This document shows positions 47,801 through 60,728 of a stretch of DNA of 64,000 nt, in pieces. The stretch is taken from assembly GCA_002269645.1 (NCBI GenBank), contig NIVC01000673.1, forward strand, positions 124,001 through 188,000. Reading direction: 5' to 3'. Within the stretch, counting starts at the first letter, position 1; each line of letters begins with the position of its first letter. The position numbers and the translations under genes are program-made. The notes under the pieces were generated by a model that searched no databases, was not told the DNA's origin, and worked only from the letters and a program-made list of their open reading frames with translations. The DNA is from Macrostomum lignano. Taxonomy: Eukaryota.

Positions 47801-50800
47801 AGTTTTTCCACGCAATACTCGTAAAATTTCACCCAACTGAATCTCAAATTTAAAGAATCCCCCATCCAAAGAATCCACCACCCATAGAATCCACGATACA
47901 AAGAATCTCACATGCAGAGAATCCCCATCCAAAGAACCCCCATCGATAGAATCCCGATCCGAAGAATTCCCCTTCCAATGAATCCCCTATCGAGAATCCC
48001 CTATCCAAAGAATCCCCCATCCATCCCTATCCAAAGAATCCCCCCATCCATCCCTATCCAAAGAACCCCCCTTCCATCCCTATCCAAAGAACCCCCCATC
48101 CATCCCTATCCAAAGAATCCCCCATCCATCCCTATCCAAAGAATCCCCCATCCATCCCTATCCAAAGAATCCCCCATCCATCCCTATCCAAAGAATCTCC
48201 CCATCCATCCCTATCCAAAGAATCTCCCCATCCATCCCTATCCAAAGAACCCCCCTTCCATCCCTATCCAAAGAATCCCCCATCCATCCCTATCCAAAGA
48301 ATCCCCATCCATCCCTATCCAAAGAATCCCCCATCCATCCCTATCCAAAGAACCCCCCATCCATCCCTATCCAAAGAATCCCCCATCCATCCCTATCCAA
48401 AGAATCCCCCATCCATCCCTATCCAAATAATCCCCCATCCATCCCTATCCAAAGAATCCCCCCATCCATCCCTATCCAAAGAATCTCCCCATCCATCCCT
48501 ATCCAAAGAACCCCCCTTCCATCCCTATCCAAAGAATCCCCCATCCATCCCTATCCAAAGAATCTCCCCATCCATCCCTATCCAAAGAATCCCCCATCCA
48601 TTCCTATCCAAAGAATCCCCCCATCCATCCCTATCCAAAAAAATCCCCCATCCATCCCTATCCAAAGAATCCCCCATCCATCCCTATCCAAATAATCCCC
48701 CATCCATTCCTATCCAAAGAATCCCCCCATCCATCCCTATCCAAAAAAATCCCCCATCCATCCCTATCCAAAGAATCCCCCCATCCACAGAATCACGATC
48801 AAAATAATGCAAATATTCACTCATCCAAATAAACCTCCATCAAAAGAATCTGAAGAATCTGAAGAATCTGAATCTGAGTCCCCTCATCTGAAGAACCCCG
48901 TCCAAATAATCCAAAGAATCATACTCCAAATAATCTCCATCTAAAGAATGCAAAGATTCTCCCATCTAAATAATCCCCCATCATAAAAATCCTAGGCCAA
49001 AGAATCCTTCATCTAAAGAATCCCCCATTCAAAGAACCCTCCATCGAAAGAATCCCCCATCGATGGAATTTCCCAATGAATCACCTATCTAAAGATATCC
49101 ATTAGAAGCAGCCCTCATGGAAGGAATCCCCAATCCACAGAATTCCCCCCCAAGACTTGACATCTCAACAATTCCCCCCAAGCCTTGACACCTCAGTTCA
49201 TTCTCTCTTAAGCTTTGACATCTCAGCAGTCCTCCAAGTAAGCCTTTATATCTCAGTGATTCCCCCAGTAAGCCTTGACATCTCAGCAGTCCTCCAAGTA
49301 AGCCTTTATATCTCAGTGATTCCCCCACTAAGTCTTAACATCTCAGTGATTCCCCCAAGCCTTGATATTTTAGAAATTCCCCCCACGCCAGCAGTTCCCC
49401 CATTAAGCCTTTATATCTCAGAAATTCCCCCCAAGCCTTAACATCTCAGCAATCCCCCCACCAAGCCTTGGCGTCTCAGAAAGTCCCTCTTTAGCCTTGA
49501 GAGCGAATTGCTGAGATGTCAAAGCTTAAGAGAGAATGAACTGAGGTGTCAAGGCTCAGTGATTTCCTCAGTAGGTCTTCACAACTTAGCAATTTCTCCC
49601 CGTCCAAGGGCCTGACATCTCAGAAATTCCCCCACGCCTTGAAACCTCAGCAATTTCCTTTTGGCATCTCAGCAAGTCCCTTTAAGGCTTGACATCTCAG
49701 TAATTCCCCAGTAAGCCTGCATATCTGAATAATTCCCCAGTATGTCTTGACATCTTAGCGATCTCACCCGATCAAGCATACCCTAAGAGCAAGTGTCCTT
49801 TCGATAGCAAGCATCCCCTGATAGAAAGTAACCCAAGCAAGACAGTGAAACAATTTACTCAGCTAGTACAATAATTAGTTTCTTATCTAGTGCAAAAATC
49901 CTTTTCAAAATTCAAAGTTTAATAAAAAATTTTGAATATACTACATGAACGCTCGTAGCTTCTTCTTTTTTACCTGATTTACTGGACGTTTTTTTAAGTT
50001 AAAATTTTTAATAAAAAAACTTTTACTCTCTAAAAATTCGAACCCAAGTCGCTGCATTAGCAGTTCAGTCTGTTCACCTCTAGGCTAACTCATCGTTTTG
50101 ATAACATGAATTGTAGCACTTGTATAATTCAACACTGAAAACTCCAAGCATAGAGTAGAAATCACTCGAAGCAAGTTATGACATAATCAATTTCTCAGGC
50201 AGGCAATATCAGTTTCAATTATTAAAGTGAACAATATGGTTACGCAATCTAAATTTAAATACAATGGCGCTGGCTTGAATTGCGGAGTTGCGATAAAGTG
50301 GGGATTTGCGATATGGAAGAGCGTACAATGAGTATATAAAGTAAAAAGTATAAAAATCTTCTTTTTAATGCTGTGCTCTTAATTTTTCGAATCTCAGAAA
50401 ACAAATTATATTCCCGAACTCAGCGTACCTAGCTCTTTCCAGCAATACAAGGTTCTCTTCTGAAAGTGAAAAACTCGAAGCGCAAACAACGATTGAACAT
50501 TCCTGCTCTAAAGCATTGAAATTAAAAAGGTGTACATTCAGCGCCAGCTACAGTGAGAGGCTTTCAAGTTGATGCATTGAAATTAACAACCAAGCAATGC
50601 TCAGGACTAATTGAATGGCGAAACCCTCCCCCCAATTTCAATAACTTAAAGGTGTTGCGCAACCTTTCAACGCTTGTAGCTTTCCACGCGAGTGTAGAGA
50701 ACCAATGCTATAGTTGGCACTGAGTTATGATGCAATACAATTCCATCGGCAGTCAGAACGCTTCTTAATCGGAAAAAAAACTGTTTGAACTTAAAAAAAC

Positions 50801-52742
50801 AAGCAAAAATCGAGTTTTTCGAATATTTAATCCCTAAAAAATGAAGCAATTTCTTAGCAAAATTATGTGTACCAGCGCACCATCAATACGCATCGAATGC
50901 AGAAAACCCCACGAAATTCGGACCACGCAAAGTCAAGTTAAACGAAGGTTCCTATAGGTAGGTAGGTACATAGTTTTGATTTTTAGTATATTGGGGATGT
51001 GTACCAGCGCACCATCAATACGCATCGAATGCAGAAAACCCCACGAAATTCGGACCACGCAAAGTCAAGTTAAACGAAGGTTCCTATAGGTAGGTAGGTA
51101 CATAGTTTTGATTTTTAGTATATTGGATTTAATAGTAGTTGCATGCCACTCCCATCCAACTCATTCAACTGCAGCCTCCAAGCCGAACGTCGCCACCTCT
51201 GGCATGACTTTGAGGCCTTCAGTCGACATTGTGGGCGCCATTCCCTGCTGCTTTTATCCTGAATTCGAAATTTTCCGACCCGGCTACAAGTCGTGCATTC
51301 CCGAGGACATTTTATCGGCCATTCGATCTGACACCCAGTGCCACGCGGTCGCGGCAGCTCCTCCAGGTCTCGAGGGCCAGTGCATGCGATTTAGCACTAC
51401 ACTCTTGGAGAGGGCGCTCATGCACAGTCTCACTACACTTCAAGGTCAGCTCTTCGTCCTGCTCAAGTACATCATCAAGAGAGTGATTGCGAAGCGAGTC
51501 AAGGGTCTGAAGACCTACCACGCAAAGAACTTGCTCCTCTACATGCTGGACAGGACACCGGCTGACGAGTGGCGACCGCACAATCTGATCAAGCTGGTGA
51601 GACAGTCGCTGAAGCTGCTGCTCGACTCTCTCACTGACTCAAAAAGCAGTGAGCAGCAGTGCATGCAGCACTTCTTCATGAGAGACGCCGCCATCTACTT
51701 GCGCAAGGACCACGAGGGAAAGACGAAGATCAAAGAAGTTGTGAGTCAAGTGATGGATGAGCTGCCGCATCTGATGTTGGAGTTTGAGCAGACATTGATG
51801 AAGAACTCACCGAGTGTGATCGAATTTCACCCGTTTCTCATTATGCCGTTGGTTAATGAGCTCAGAATTCCTGAATCAGACACCGAGTTCGAGTATCACC
51901 AGATCTATGACGCAGTGAAGAGAGCTTTAGAGATGCTGAGCAAAGAGATTTCGAGCAGTGATGAAGCGAGTCACGTGCAGCAGCTCGGCTCGCTGCTCAA
52001 TCGGATTCCAGACTGCGCCAGAACTGCCAGAGAGAGTCTGAGAGCTCTGATGGGGCTCAGAGAGGGAAAACCGATAGACTCAGTTGTTGATGCTGTGAGC
52101 TCCACCGATGTGAGCAACGGAATCGCCTGTCCGCAAAGTGAGGCTGATTCCATGTTCCACTTTGGCGGTGAAGAAAGCAGTCAAAAATACCTCACAGCGA
52201 GGCGTGACTTCGTGTGGAAGAGTCTGCTGGAGTCGGACTCAGCATGGAAGTTCATGTTCGATCCCGACCGAAAGCTGAATTTCCCATTCCTGCCCGACCG
52301 CATGAGCCACATTAAACTGGCATTCCCATGGCGGGTGCCCTACAGGAGCTGTGACTGTGTCTTCATCAACTTTCACGCTCTGTACAAGGCGCTCCAACTC
52401 GAGGCGAGGAAGCTGAGCGGAGATGATGGAGTCAACACGTTGCTAGGAGACTTTGGTTCCACCAGACTGGACACTCAGGAGCTGCTGATGATGCTGCATT
52501 ACTGCAGTGATGAGGCGAAGCTGGTTGAGATCATTCACAACAACAGACAGATGATTGTGGACACTGGACTGGCTGGGCCCGTGCTGAGCTTCCTGAATGA
52601 GAGGGTGAGTTCTCGCGATTTTGTCCTGCTTGACTTTCTCGAATGTCGTCTTGCGCTGAGAAGCCGATGTGAAAATCGAAATTGCAGCCGGCACTGCGCC
52701 AGCGATGCGTTCGAGCGACTTGGGCGAAGGTGGAGGAGCTGA
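41224..52742 (+). CDS. Ankyrin-repeat / Mab-21 (cGAS-like receptor, cGLR) nucleotidyltransferase fusion, ~1803 aa, 3 coding exons
   Basis: Exon 41224-44723 ends AA|GTAAGT (phase 2). Exon 44878-45221 starts CCCACAG|C and ends T|GTGAGT (phase 1). Exon 51175-52742 starts ACTGCAG|CC. Total 5412 nt, one frame. NTase motifs: FLVGS...DADSDMD and SVDIVGAI. Mab-21 motifs: MRFSTTLLERALM, LLKYIIK, LKTYHAKNLLLYML, W.P.NL. The 3' end may instead use the donor at 52605. Confidence 0.85.
44752..44822. repeat. (GATA)n microsatellite in ANK-cGLR intron 1
   Basis: Seen directly. Confidence 0.95.
44878..45221 (+). CDS. Exon 2 of the ANK-cGLR gene: NTase GS...DxD catalytic segment
   Basis: ESEFSKRLHKSL...CFLVGSFADGWGNCLTGICGQTDADSDMDVTEF; splice phases match both neighbours. 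Confidence 0.82.
45440..49870. repeat. Composite minisatellite region in ANK-cGLR intron 2 (18-bp, ~23-bp and ~27-bp units; two diverged larger units 46431-47751 and 47752-49861)
   Basis: Units GATAGCAAGCATCCCCCA, TTTAATGTTTGACATGGTGGCTC and ATCCATCCCTATCCAAAGAATCCCC. CTAGCCAAT(C/T)CCAACCCCCGTTGGGGCT recurs at 46431 and 47752. Confidence 0.8.
50865..51126. repeat. 132-bp direct tandem duplication just upstream of the exon 3 acceptor
   Basis: ATGTGTACCAGCGCACC...TTTTTAGTATATTGG at 50865 and 50997. Confidence 0.9.
51175..52742 (+). CDS. Exon 3 of the ANK-cGLR gene: third acidic residue, Mab-21 C-lobe and helical extension
   Basis: SVDIVGAIPCCFYP, HAVAAAPPG, CMRFSTTLLERALM, KGLKTYHAKNLLLYML. 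Confidence 0.85.
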
Positions 52743-52842
52743 GCAGCCAGAGAGAGCTCTCATCGGCCGAGGAGCGGCTGCGGGTGGAGCTGAGGATGTG
52801 GAGAGCGAGGCATTTCCTGTGGGAGAAGGAGGGGATTGACTC

Positions 52843-53115
52843 TGATGATTGACAGGTGAGTGACTGAGGCTGGTGATTGACAGGTGAGTGACTGAGGCCG
52901 ATGATTAACAGGTGAGTGACTGAGGCTTATGATTGACAGGTGAGTGACTGAGGCTGATAATTGACAGGTGAGTGACCGAGGCTGATGATTGACAGGTGAG
53001 TGATTGAGGCTGATGATTGACAGGTGAGTGACTGAGGCTGATGACTGACAGGTGAGTGACTGAGGCTGATGACTGACAGGTGAGTGACTGAGGCTGATGA
53101 TTGACAGGTGAGTGA
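52843..53115. repeat. 28-bp minisatellite in which every unit contains CAG|GTGAGT
   Basis: Unit GATGATTGACAGGTGAGTGACTGAGGCT, about 9-10 copies, followed by the acceptor TTTTCCATTGCAG at 53154. Confidence 0.9.
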
Positions 53116-53989
53116 ATGAAGCAAATTTTTCAGCCTCCCCATTTTCCATTGCAGGCCCAGCCACACCGCAGCTCAAGGATGTCCGGCTTTGCAGAATTTT
53201 TATCGACTTTTGTGCACCGCGTCTTTTGCCCGTTTTGCCCAGCTGACTGACCCAGCTGACTGACCCCGCAGAGGAACTGCAGTGCAGCTTTGAGCCTCAG
53301 TGGAGCAGCTGCAGTGCTGCTAAGTTGAAATGCAGTGCAAAATGCAGTGTGCCATGGCTCAGCGATAAGATTCTGTGAGCCTCATCACTTGCTGGAGATG
53401 TCATTCCGCCTCCATGTCTGTCTTGTGAAGGCAGATCCCAAATCCCAGAAGCAGTCAGTTGAAACCCCAGCTTCAGTGCTGACGCTCCTCATGCCTTCTG
53501 CAATGCTGGCTCAGCAAGCTCTGACTTTATTTCGGTCAGTTCTGCTTTTGCTGACTTGATTTTCCTGTCAGTTGCTTCCCTGCTGCAAATGGCTGCTTTT
53601 TTTGAGCTGTGCTCAAAGTCTTCCTGTTTTCTCATGTGCCTCCGTTTTTAACTGCATTGTTTTACTTGTTGCAGTGTTTGTTTAAATGTCCATTTCAAAT
53701 TTGTTAAAATGCTGTGTCAGGCTCAGCCACTCCCATTGCTACTCAAAGTAGAGCAGCTGATTCTGTGCTGCCAATGACAGCTGCTCACGCGATCCCCATT
53801 TTACTGATTTCCCTTGGAGCCTCAGAGCTGCTCTGACCTGAGTCTCTGGTGGCTCAGGCATCTCCCTGACCTCAGGCCACGGCTGTCAGCATTTCATTGT
53901 TTAATGCTGAGCAGCTTGGGACTCAGGCTGGGTTCTCCCCAGATCCTCAGGGCTGGTGCAATCCACAGGGGTCCTCGTGATTCTTCCCA

Positions 53990-55556
53990 ACGTCTGTCTC
54001 TTTGGTTTCTGTGGTGTCCTCCCTGATCCCTGTGATCTCCCTGATCCCTGTGTTCTCCCTGATCCCTGTGCTCTCCCTGATCCCTGTGTTCTCCCTGATC
54101 CCTGTGTTCTCCCTGATCCCTGTGTTCTCCCTGATCCCTGTGATCCCCCTAATCCCTGTGCTCTCCCTGATCCCTGTGCACTGTGCTTTCCCTGATCCCA
54201 GTGTTTCCACTGATCCCTGTGTTCTCCCTGATCCCTATGTTCTCATTGATCCCTGTGTAGCTCCTTGGGTTCTCCCTGATCCCTATGATCTCCCTGACCC
54301 CCCTGACAATGCTGTCAGCTGTCCCTGACCCTCCTGACAATGCTGTCAGCTGTCCCTGACAATGTTGTCAGCTGTCCCTGACCCTCCTGACAATGCTGTC
54401 AGCTGTCCCTGACCCTCCTGACAATGCTGTCAGCTGTGTCCTGACCCCCCTGACAATACTGTCAGCTGTTCCTGACCCTCCTGACAAGGCTGTTAGCTGT
54501 CCCTGACCCTCCTGACAATGCTGTCAGCTGTCCCTGACCCTCCTGACAATGCTGTTAAGCCTGAGTTGCCATCACGCAGAGCTCCGATCCGAGCTCCTTG
54601 TGAATTCTGTGAGCCAATTGACCTTTTCTTTGCCGTGAGCCACCGCTGGTGACAACTGTTGAATTTGTACTTTTAACTTCTCTGCGATGCCCCCTTAGTT
54701 TTGCTCATTGCGCTCCGCATGGCAACCGACTCTATTGTCCCTGGAGACCGTTTTCAAGGCCTGCTGTGTATTTGCTGTCATTTCATCCATACCCATAGCC
54801 TGCACAACTCAATGCTGACTCACTGCTGCCAACATTGCTGCCTTGTATGCTTAAAACACCTCAATGCTGACTCACTGCTGCCAACATTGCTGCTTTGTAT
54901 GCTTAAAACACCTCAATGCTGACTCACTGCTGCCAACATTGCTGCCTTGTATGCTTAAAACATTTCACTTGTCACATTTGTCTCCGTGACCAGCATATCA
55001 ATAAAAGTGGATATTGAAGCCATCTCAGTGTTTCTAAACAAATTCAAATTAACCAAAAGCTGTTCAAGCCTTAATTTGTTTATTTTTTGTTAAACTTTGA
55101 GGAAACAACAGAAATTCAAACAGCAGGGTGCAAAATAAACCATAAAGATGTCAAATCTAAATTATTGATAATTAAATTAATTGGAGAGCAGCTGACAAAT
55201 CACCGATCAGTTCTCATGGTTTGGAATTTGGAGAATTGAAATAATGACAGTTTTGAGTCCTCAGTCTGAAAGCTTAAATATTCGATGGAATTCGAAATGG
55301 CGCTCAGGTGATACGGATTAATTGTTTAATTAATTCGTTCAAACTAATAAAACTACTTGATTAATATGCTGTCTAATTTCACTACTGCATAAATAGTTTT
55401 ATTCGGAACTGTAGAAAATAGAAAATATCCAACAACCTCAGTGACACCCCAGCTCAGTCAGTGACACTCCAGCTCAGTCAGTGACACCCCAGCTCAGTCA
55501 GTGACACCCCAGCTCAGTCAGTGACATCCCAGCTCAGTCAGTGACATCCCAGCTCA
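53990..55556. repeat. Separate minisatellites: 18 bp (53990-54300), 30 bp (54300-54560), ~47 bp x3 (54810-54960), 20 bp (55436-55556)
   Basis: Tandem units seen directly. Confidence 0.85.
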
Positions 55557-55559
55557 GGC

Positions 55560-57110
<1,551 letters not shown>

Positions 57111-57149
57111 CAGCAGACAGCTAAGCCAGTTGCCCCCCCCCTTTCCCAG

Positions 57150-58238
57150 GTGAACCCCGGCTTCCTCAACATCGACGTCCGCCTATTCGTAGACATCATT
57201 CGCGGCGCCGCCGACCTCTACCTGGCGCTGTCGGACCGCACATTCGTGGTGAACAACACCGTAGACGCCAATGGCTTCTGGTCCAATCTGGTCAGCATCG
57301 ATTATCAAGCGGCGGCAATGTTGCCAAGGCAACCAGACGGTCGAAGGCGCCGTCGCAGCGTCGTCAGCGACCCGCCGGTCCTGTCGGATCGAGTCCTGGA
57401 AGTGAGCGCCAACCCCTACCTGACGTACGTGAGCCTGCCGGTGTCGGGCAGCATCCTGATTGTGAGAAATGCCACCAGGCGCGTCCTCATCACCATTCCG
57501 TGCCAGAGCTACGAGTTCTCGCTGAACAAATTCTACCTGGTAGTGCAGGGAGTCTCCACAGACGTCAACGTGTCGGGCATTGTGTTCTTCCGTCAGGACC
57601 AGAACCACATCAACCTGCTGGTGTTCTTCTCCATGTTCTTCTCCTGCTTCTTCCTCCTGTTCGGCCTGGTTGTGCTGGCTTGGAAGGCTCGCCAGGCGCA
57701 CAGCCGGCGGGTTGCTAGGCAACGCAGGGAACGCGAGCGACAGTCAATGGCGGCAAGGCCGTTCGGTAGGGTGAGACTGATTCTACCGTGTGCCACTACT
57801 GACAGTAGCCATGCGGGGCTGGTGAACCCGGTGTGCCTGGAGCCGCTGGTGACCGGAGCTGCTGGCAAAGCTGGCCAGGCCGCGGCCCTGTGCACTGTGC
57901 TCATCCAGCTGCCCCATCCCCAGCCTGGCGGCTCCTTCTGCCTCGGATCGGCGCTCGTGTTGACCCGCGGTCTGGCGCCGTTTTTGCACGGCAGAGCGGC
58001 GCCGCCTCATCAGCAAACTCATCAGCAGCCTCATCATCAGCCTCATCAGCAGCCTCAGCAGCCTCACCAGCGGCCCGGCCTCCCGCGGGTTGTCATCGCC
58101 GACAATGCGGAAGCTGCCGAGGCCGCCGCCAACGCCGAGATTGTTGTTGAAGATGGCGAGCGCGACGAGGCTGTCGAGCTTGCGACACCAAGCGGCGATG
58201 TCCATCGAAGGACTGGACAGGCCACATCTAATTGTTGA
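57150..58238 (+). pseudogene. MEGF8: Orphan duplicate of the MEGF8 last exon (TM + cytoplasmic tail); no upstream MEGF8 exons in this copy
   Basis: Near-identical to 6306-7355, with a 39-nt longer in-frame His/Gln/Pro stretch. Acceptor TTTCCCAG|GTG is intact. Sequence upstream of the microsatellite is unrelated to 5697-6067. Confidence 0.8.
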
Positions 58239-60728
58239 GAAAATTGAGCTCGAGATGTGCTTTTTAGGGACCTTGGAGATATCATTTTGACTTTACAAAT
58301 TCCTAATCTAAAATCCTATCTCTGATCCCATCATCACGAACCCGAATCCCATCATCCCGATCCCAAAGCCCATTATCCCGATCCCAAATCCCATCATCCC
58401 GATCCCAAATCCCATCATATCGATCCCAAGTCCCATCATCCCGATCCCAAATCCCATCATCCCGATCCCAAATGCCATCATCCCGATCCCAAATCCCATC
58501 ATCATCCCGATCCCAAATGCCATCATCCCGATCCCAAATCCCATCATATCGATCCCAAATCTCATCATCCCGATCCCAAATCCCATCATATCGATCCCAA
58601 ATGCCATCATCCCGATCCCAAATCCCATCATATCGATCCCAAATCTCATCATCCCGATCCCAAATCCCATCATATCGATCCCAAATGCCATCATCCCGAT
58701 CCCAAATCCCATCATATCGATCCCAAATCTCATCATCCCGATCCCAAATCCCATCATCCCAATCCCAAATCCCATCATCCCGATCCCAAATCCCATCAGT
58801 CAGGCTTCAATTATCAAAAGCAAGGCTTTATTTTTACTCAATTGCTCACCCAGTCAAGTCACATTTGCAAAGCAATAAGCCGCTGTAAAAGCAGTCATAT
58901 TTTTGAATTTGCCAATTTTGTTAAAGTCTTGTCCTGTCTTTGCTACAAATCGCTTCGCTCGCTCTGCCGCCCGCCCACGCACCGCAATTTCAAATTTCAA
59001 CTCAAATTCTAAGCAAACAAAATTCCTCACTTGATGGCCCAAATGTTTTGTTTTGATTGACTTTTGTTTATCCTGTGCACCTGCTTGTCTTTCAAATTTC
59101 AAACTCACAATTGAAAGTTGATCTCACGCTATATTTTGATTTGTTATTTGGGGCAAATTCTGCTGTGGCATATCAGCGTGGCGTCTTCTGCTTTTTGCTT
59201 TCCTGTGTTCTGTCTGAACTGAATCCGCCTGACTGCCTGCTTTCCTGTGTTTTGTCTGAACTGAATCCGCCTGACTGCCTGCTTTCCTGTGTTTTGTCTG
59301 AACTGAATCCGCCTGACTGCCTGCTTTCCCGTGTTTTGTCTGAACTGAATCCGCCTGACTGCCTGCTTTCCTGTGTTTTGTCTGAACTGAATCCGCCTGA
59401 CTGCCTGCTTTCCTGTGTTTTGTCTGAACTGAATCCGCCTGACTGCCTGCTTTCCTGATCACAAAGCCAGAACTTATAAAATTGCAAAGCAAAACTTGTT
59501 ATCTCACGATTCAAATATTGCTGCACCGATAATGTCAGACGATTTTTAAACGGGGTTTCAAAAGAGATTATTGATACTCGTAATTAGGCTGACAAATATT
59601 CTGCAGATCTGAATGGCACAAGCCTGTAAAATCATGTAAAATATGTTAATAAATTTATTACTTTTTATTCTTTTTGTTGCTGATTATAACATTTCTGGCT
59701 GTGTTGAGGTTTTTGTTTAAGATATTTGTGTTGTTCCAGATCCTTCAGGAATAGTTCAGAATGGTTCCAGATCCTTCAGGAATAGTTCACAATGGTTCCA
59801 GATCCTTCAGGAACAGTTCACAATGGTTCCACATCCTTCAGGAACAGTTCACAATGGTTCTAGATCCTTCAGGAACAATTCACAATGGTTCCAGATCCTT
59901 CAGGAACAATTCACAATGGTTCCAGATCCTTCAGGAACAGTTCACAATGGTTCCAGATCCTTCAGGAATAGTTCACAATGGTTCCAGATCCTTCAGGAAT
60001 AGTTCACAATGGTTCCAGATCCTTCAGGAACAATTCACAATGGTTCCAGATCCTTCAGGAACAGTTCACAATGGTTCCAGATCCTTCAGGAACAATTCAC
60101 AATGGTTCCAGATCCTTCAGGAACAATTCACAATGGTTCCAGATCCTTCAGGAACAATTCACAATGGTTCCAGATCCTTCAGGAACAGTTCACAATGGTT
60201 CCAGATCCTTCAGGAACAATTCACAATGGTTCCAGATCCTTCAGGAACAATTCACAATGGTTCCAGATCCTTCAGGAACAGTTCACAATGGTTCCAGATC
60301 CTTCAGGAATAGTTCACAATGGTTCCAGATCCTTCAGGAATAGTTCACAATGGTTCCAGATCCTTCAGGAACAGTTCACAATGGTTCCAGATCCTTCAGG
60401 AACAGTTCACAATGGTTCCAGATCCTTCAGGAATAGTTCACAATGGTTCCAGATCCTTCAGGAACAGTTCACAATGGTTCCAGATGCTTCAGGAACAGTT
60501 AGAATGGTTCCACATCCTTTAGGAAAAGTTCACAATGGTTCCAGATCCTTCAGGAATAGTTCACAATGGTTCCAGATCCTTCAGGAATAGTTCACAATGG
60601 TTCCAGATCCTTCAGGAATACTTCAGAATGAATCAGAATGCCACAGCAACCCCCGACCCCCTGTTGCAGCCAAACCTCAGCCAGTCTCCATGGCAACAGC
60701 GTCATCCTAACCCCAACCGGCGCATCCA

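Noticed and set aside
45294-49441. Pro/Ser/His-rich ORFs (SKHPPD, HPYPKN, IPIQRI repeats)
   Set aside because: Minisatellite translations within ANK-cGLR intron 2; skipping them keeps the frame.
52443-52830. Minus-strand exon overlapping the cGLR 3' end (acceptor-like CCTTCTCCCACAG near 52820-52830)
   Set aside because: No recognisable product in any frame and no upstream partner exon found; cannot be supported without RNA data.
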